Source: a virus. From it: DNA of 64,000 nucleotides. Positions 62,513 to 64,000 of the stretch are shown piece after piece. Under the pieces are notes generated by a model. It was not told where the DNA came from. It did not search any database and saw only the letters and a program-made list of their open reading frames with translations. Position numbers and translations under genes: made by a program. How positions within the stretch are numbered: position 1 is the first letter of the stretch; every line of letters starts with the position of its first letter. The DNA lies in the IMG/VR virus record IMGVR_UViG_3300047560_000604, positions 69,467-133,466 of that record, one strand, 5' to 3'.

Positions 62513-62646
62513 GTTTACTAATCCTTATCATATTGGTGGGGATTGTAATCTCTATTCAACGTAGACTACCAAAGTCTAATTGTCACGGGGATTGCAATCA
62601 AGGTCGCAACTGTAACTGCAAAGGTAAACAAAATGGGACATCGTAA
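62509..62646 (+). CDS. Small membrane-anchored Cys-rich protein (45 aa)
   Basis: Below track cut-off: MSLLILIILVGIVISIQRRLPKSNCHGDCNQGRNCNCKGKQNGTS; overlaps both neighbours. Confidence 0.65.
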   Translation: MSLLILIILVGIVISIQRRLPKSNCHGDCNQGRNCNCKGKQNGTS

Positions 62647-62869
62647 GCCAATGGATTACAATCAAGTAAGTCATCAAATCTACATGGCAGGTGTAGAATT
62701 ACATCATCCAGGAAATGATGGCTTCGTTCAATGGGGAATCAAACAAGACTTGTATAAACTCAAGTGGATGCTTGATGACATTATGAAAGAAGCCCCTACA
62801 TTTGCTGATGAAGAACAATTCTTAAAAGAGAATGAGCAGAGGGTAATGTGGCGGACACTAAAGAACTAA
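62633..62869 (+). CDS. Hypothetical protein (78 aa)
   Basis: AAGG RBS. Confidence 0.7.
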   Translation: MGHRKPMDYNQVSHQIYMAGVELHHPGNDGFVQWGIKQDLYKLKWMLDDIMKEAPTFADEEQFLKENEQRVMWRTLKN

Positions 62870-63150
62870 AAGCAATCAAAGAAGCCAGCGAAAGATTTCT
62901 TGAGAAGCTAAGAAACGATCCGATTGCACTTAAAAAGTGGCTACGTGAAATTCAGGGCCCTGAGCAACGCATCATTGAAGGTCGAGAGAAAGAACATTTG
63001 TTTACAGTGTTCAATCTGATTGAACCTACAAGTGAGAGCAACAATCAAAGAACTTGGACTACTGTGTATCATCATGCTGGTAAAGAGTATCACTATACAG
63101 TAGGCGAAGGCTTTGATGAATTAGCAGAGATACTACCAGATGATATTTAA
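62848..63150 (+). CDS. Hypothetical protein (100 aa)
   Basis: GTG start, GAGGG RBS. Confidence 0.65.
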   Translation: MADTKELKAIKEASERFLEKLRNDPIALKKWLREIQGPEQRIIEGREKEHLFTVFNLIEPTSESNNQRTWTTVYHHAGKEYHYTVGEGFDELAEILPDDI

Positions 63151-63601
63151 CAAAATTAAACAACTAAAAGAACAAGGTAAAAAGATTGGCATTACTTTCT
63201 CGACTTTTGACTTACTTCACGCAGGGCATATTGCGATGCTGGCTGAGGCTAAGAATCATTGTGACTATCTTATTGCAGGGCTCCAAACTGACCCCACAAT
63301 CGACCGTCCTGAGACTAAGAATAAACCAGTTCAGTCAATCGTTGAAAGACAAATACAGTTGGCGTCATGCCGTTTTGTTGATGAGGTTGTTGTGTACTCT
63401 ACCGAGCAGGATCTCGTTGATCTCCTTCTCATCCTTCCCATTGACGTACGGATTCTCGGCGTGGAGTATCAGAGCCATGATTTTACGGGTCGTGCCGAGG
63501 GCGCTCAAAAAGGAATAGAGCATGTGTTTAATTCACGTGACCATTCATTCTCAAGTTCAAGTCTACGCAAACGTGTAGCAGAAGCACAGAAAGGTTCCTA
63601 G
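63140..63601 (+). CDS. TagD-like (glycerol-3-phosphate) cytidylyltransferase
   Basis: FSTFDLLHAGH, GLQTDP..DR..KNKP, ER..QL, VDEV..Y, RDHSFSSSSLR. Confidence 0.85.
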   Translation: MIFNKIKQLKEQGKKIGITFSTFDLLHAGHIAMLAEAKNHCDYLIAGLQTDPTIDRPETKNKPVQSIVERQIQLASCRFVDEVVVYSTEQDLVDLLLILPIDVRILGVEYQSHDFTGRAEGAQKGIEHVFNSRDHSFSSSSLRKRVAEAQKGS

Positions 63602-63898
63602 ATGGATTTAGAAAAATTTGCACATCATTTTGGTTTCAGAGTAATTAACGTTAGACACCACAGTCCATACCAATATTTTGACAGTTATAATAGAACCGCA
63701 AGTTATTATACTGATAGAGAACAAACTACTATTGAAATGGAAATTGACCGTAGACGTTTAGAACATATGGCTAACTATTTTGAACAGTGTGAACAGCTGG
63801 ATAAACAAGACCGTGAAGAAGCATACCTTCGTAGACAGTATCCTGCTCTTAAGGACGCACATGACAAATACCAAATGTTGTTGGCACTTTACAAATAA
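63602..63898 (+). CDS. Hypothetical protein (98 aa)
   Basis: AAGG RBS. Confidence 0.7.
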   Translation: MDLEKFAHHFGFRVINVRHHSPYQYFDSYNRTASYYTDREQTTIEMEIDRRRLEHMANYFEQCEQLDKQDREEAYLRRQYPALKDAHDKYQMLLALYK

Positions 63899-63900
63899 GG

Positions 63901-63982
63901 TAAATAAACAAAGCGGTCTTTTGGGCTCATCCCCGCTATACAAACTCTGCGCCCTATGCTATAATTAACATAGGAGAAATAT
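63901..63982 (+). promoter_or_regulatory. Candidate riboswitch-like leader (preQ1-I-like pseudoknot) or extended -10 promoter
   Basis: TAAATA 63901-63906; stem AGCGG/CCGCT, loop GGGC pairing with GCCC 63951-63954, A-rich linker ATACAAAC; CCTATG/CATAGG hairpin covers the RBS; TG-C-TATAAT also present. Confidence 0.5.
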
Positions 63983-64000
63983 ATGCAACCCGTATCATAC
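63983..64000 (+). CDS. 5' end of next gene (MQPVSY...), product unknown, possibly QueD
   Basis: AGGAGA RBS and ATG; only six codons visible. Confidence 0.5.

Noticed and set aside
1-64000. Stop-codon reassignment
   Set aside because: Known genes are full length in code 11, and TAA, TGA and TAG all end genes next to the following start.
1-64000. tRNA or rRNA genes
   Set aside because: No cloverleaf with T-loop GTTCRA and acceptor stem seen in any intergenic gap; tRNAscan-SE would be the proper check.

Overview
A 64-kb, AT-rich, gene-dense piece of a large T4-like myovirus genome, read in the standard genetic code and almost entirely on the + strand. The host is probably a Gram-negative proteobacterium (inferred from GH19 lysins, GroES/DnaJ/ClpA and Tat-like signals). 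Layout: neck, tail sheath/tube, head-completion, fibre and baseplate genes (0-23 kb); clamp loader, PhoH, holin and a chaperone block (23-33 kb); an ~18-kb late-promoter island (33.6-52 kb); family-B DNA polymerase and probable sliding clamp (52-56 kb); and a 7-deazaguanine pathway (TGT/DpdA-like, QueD-like, FolE) interleaved with a glycosyltransferase and sugar nucleotidyltransferases (56-64 kb). The strongest candidate for an undescribed system is the 33.6-52 kb island. Many unrelated enzymes there share an N-terminal M-R/K-x(5-6)-E leader resembling the T4 capsid-targeting sequence, and two giant ORFs look like protease-cleaved polyproteins. Two predicted cleavages would expose twin-arginine-like export signals. 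Other candidates: a preQ1-I-like pseudoknot with an RBS-sequestering alternative fold at the right edge, two orphan structured RNAs, and a repeated gene-junction cassette. All family assignments come from motif recognition by eye; no database search or folding program was run.
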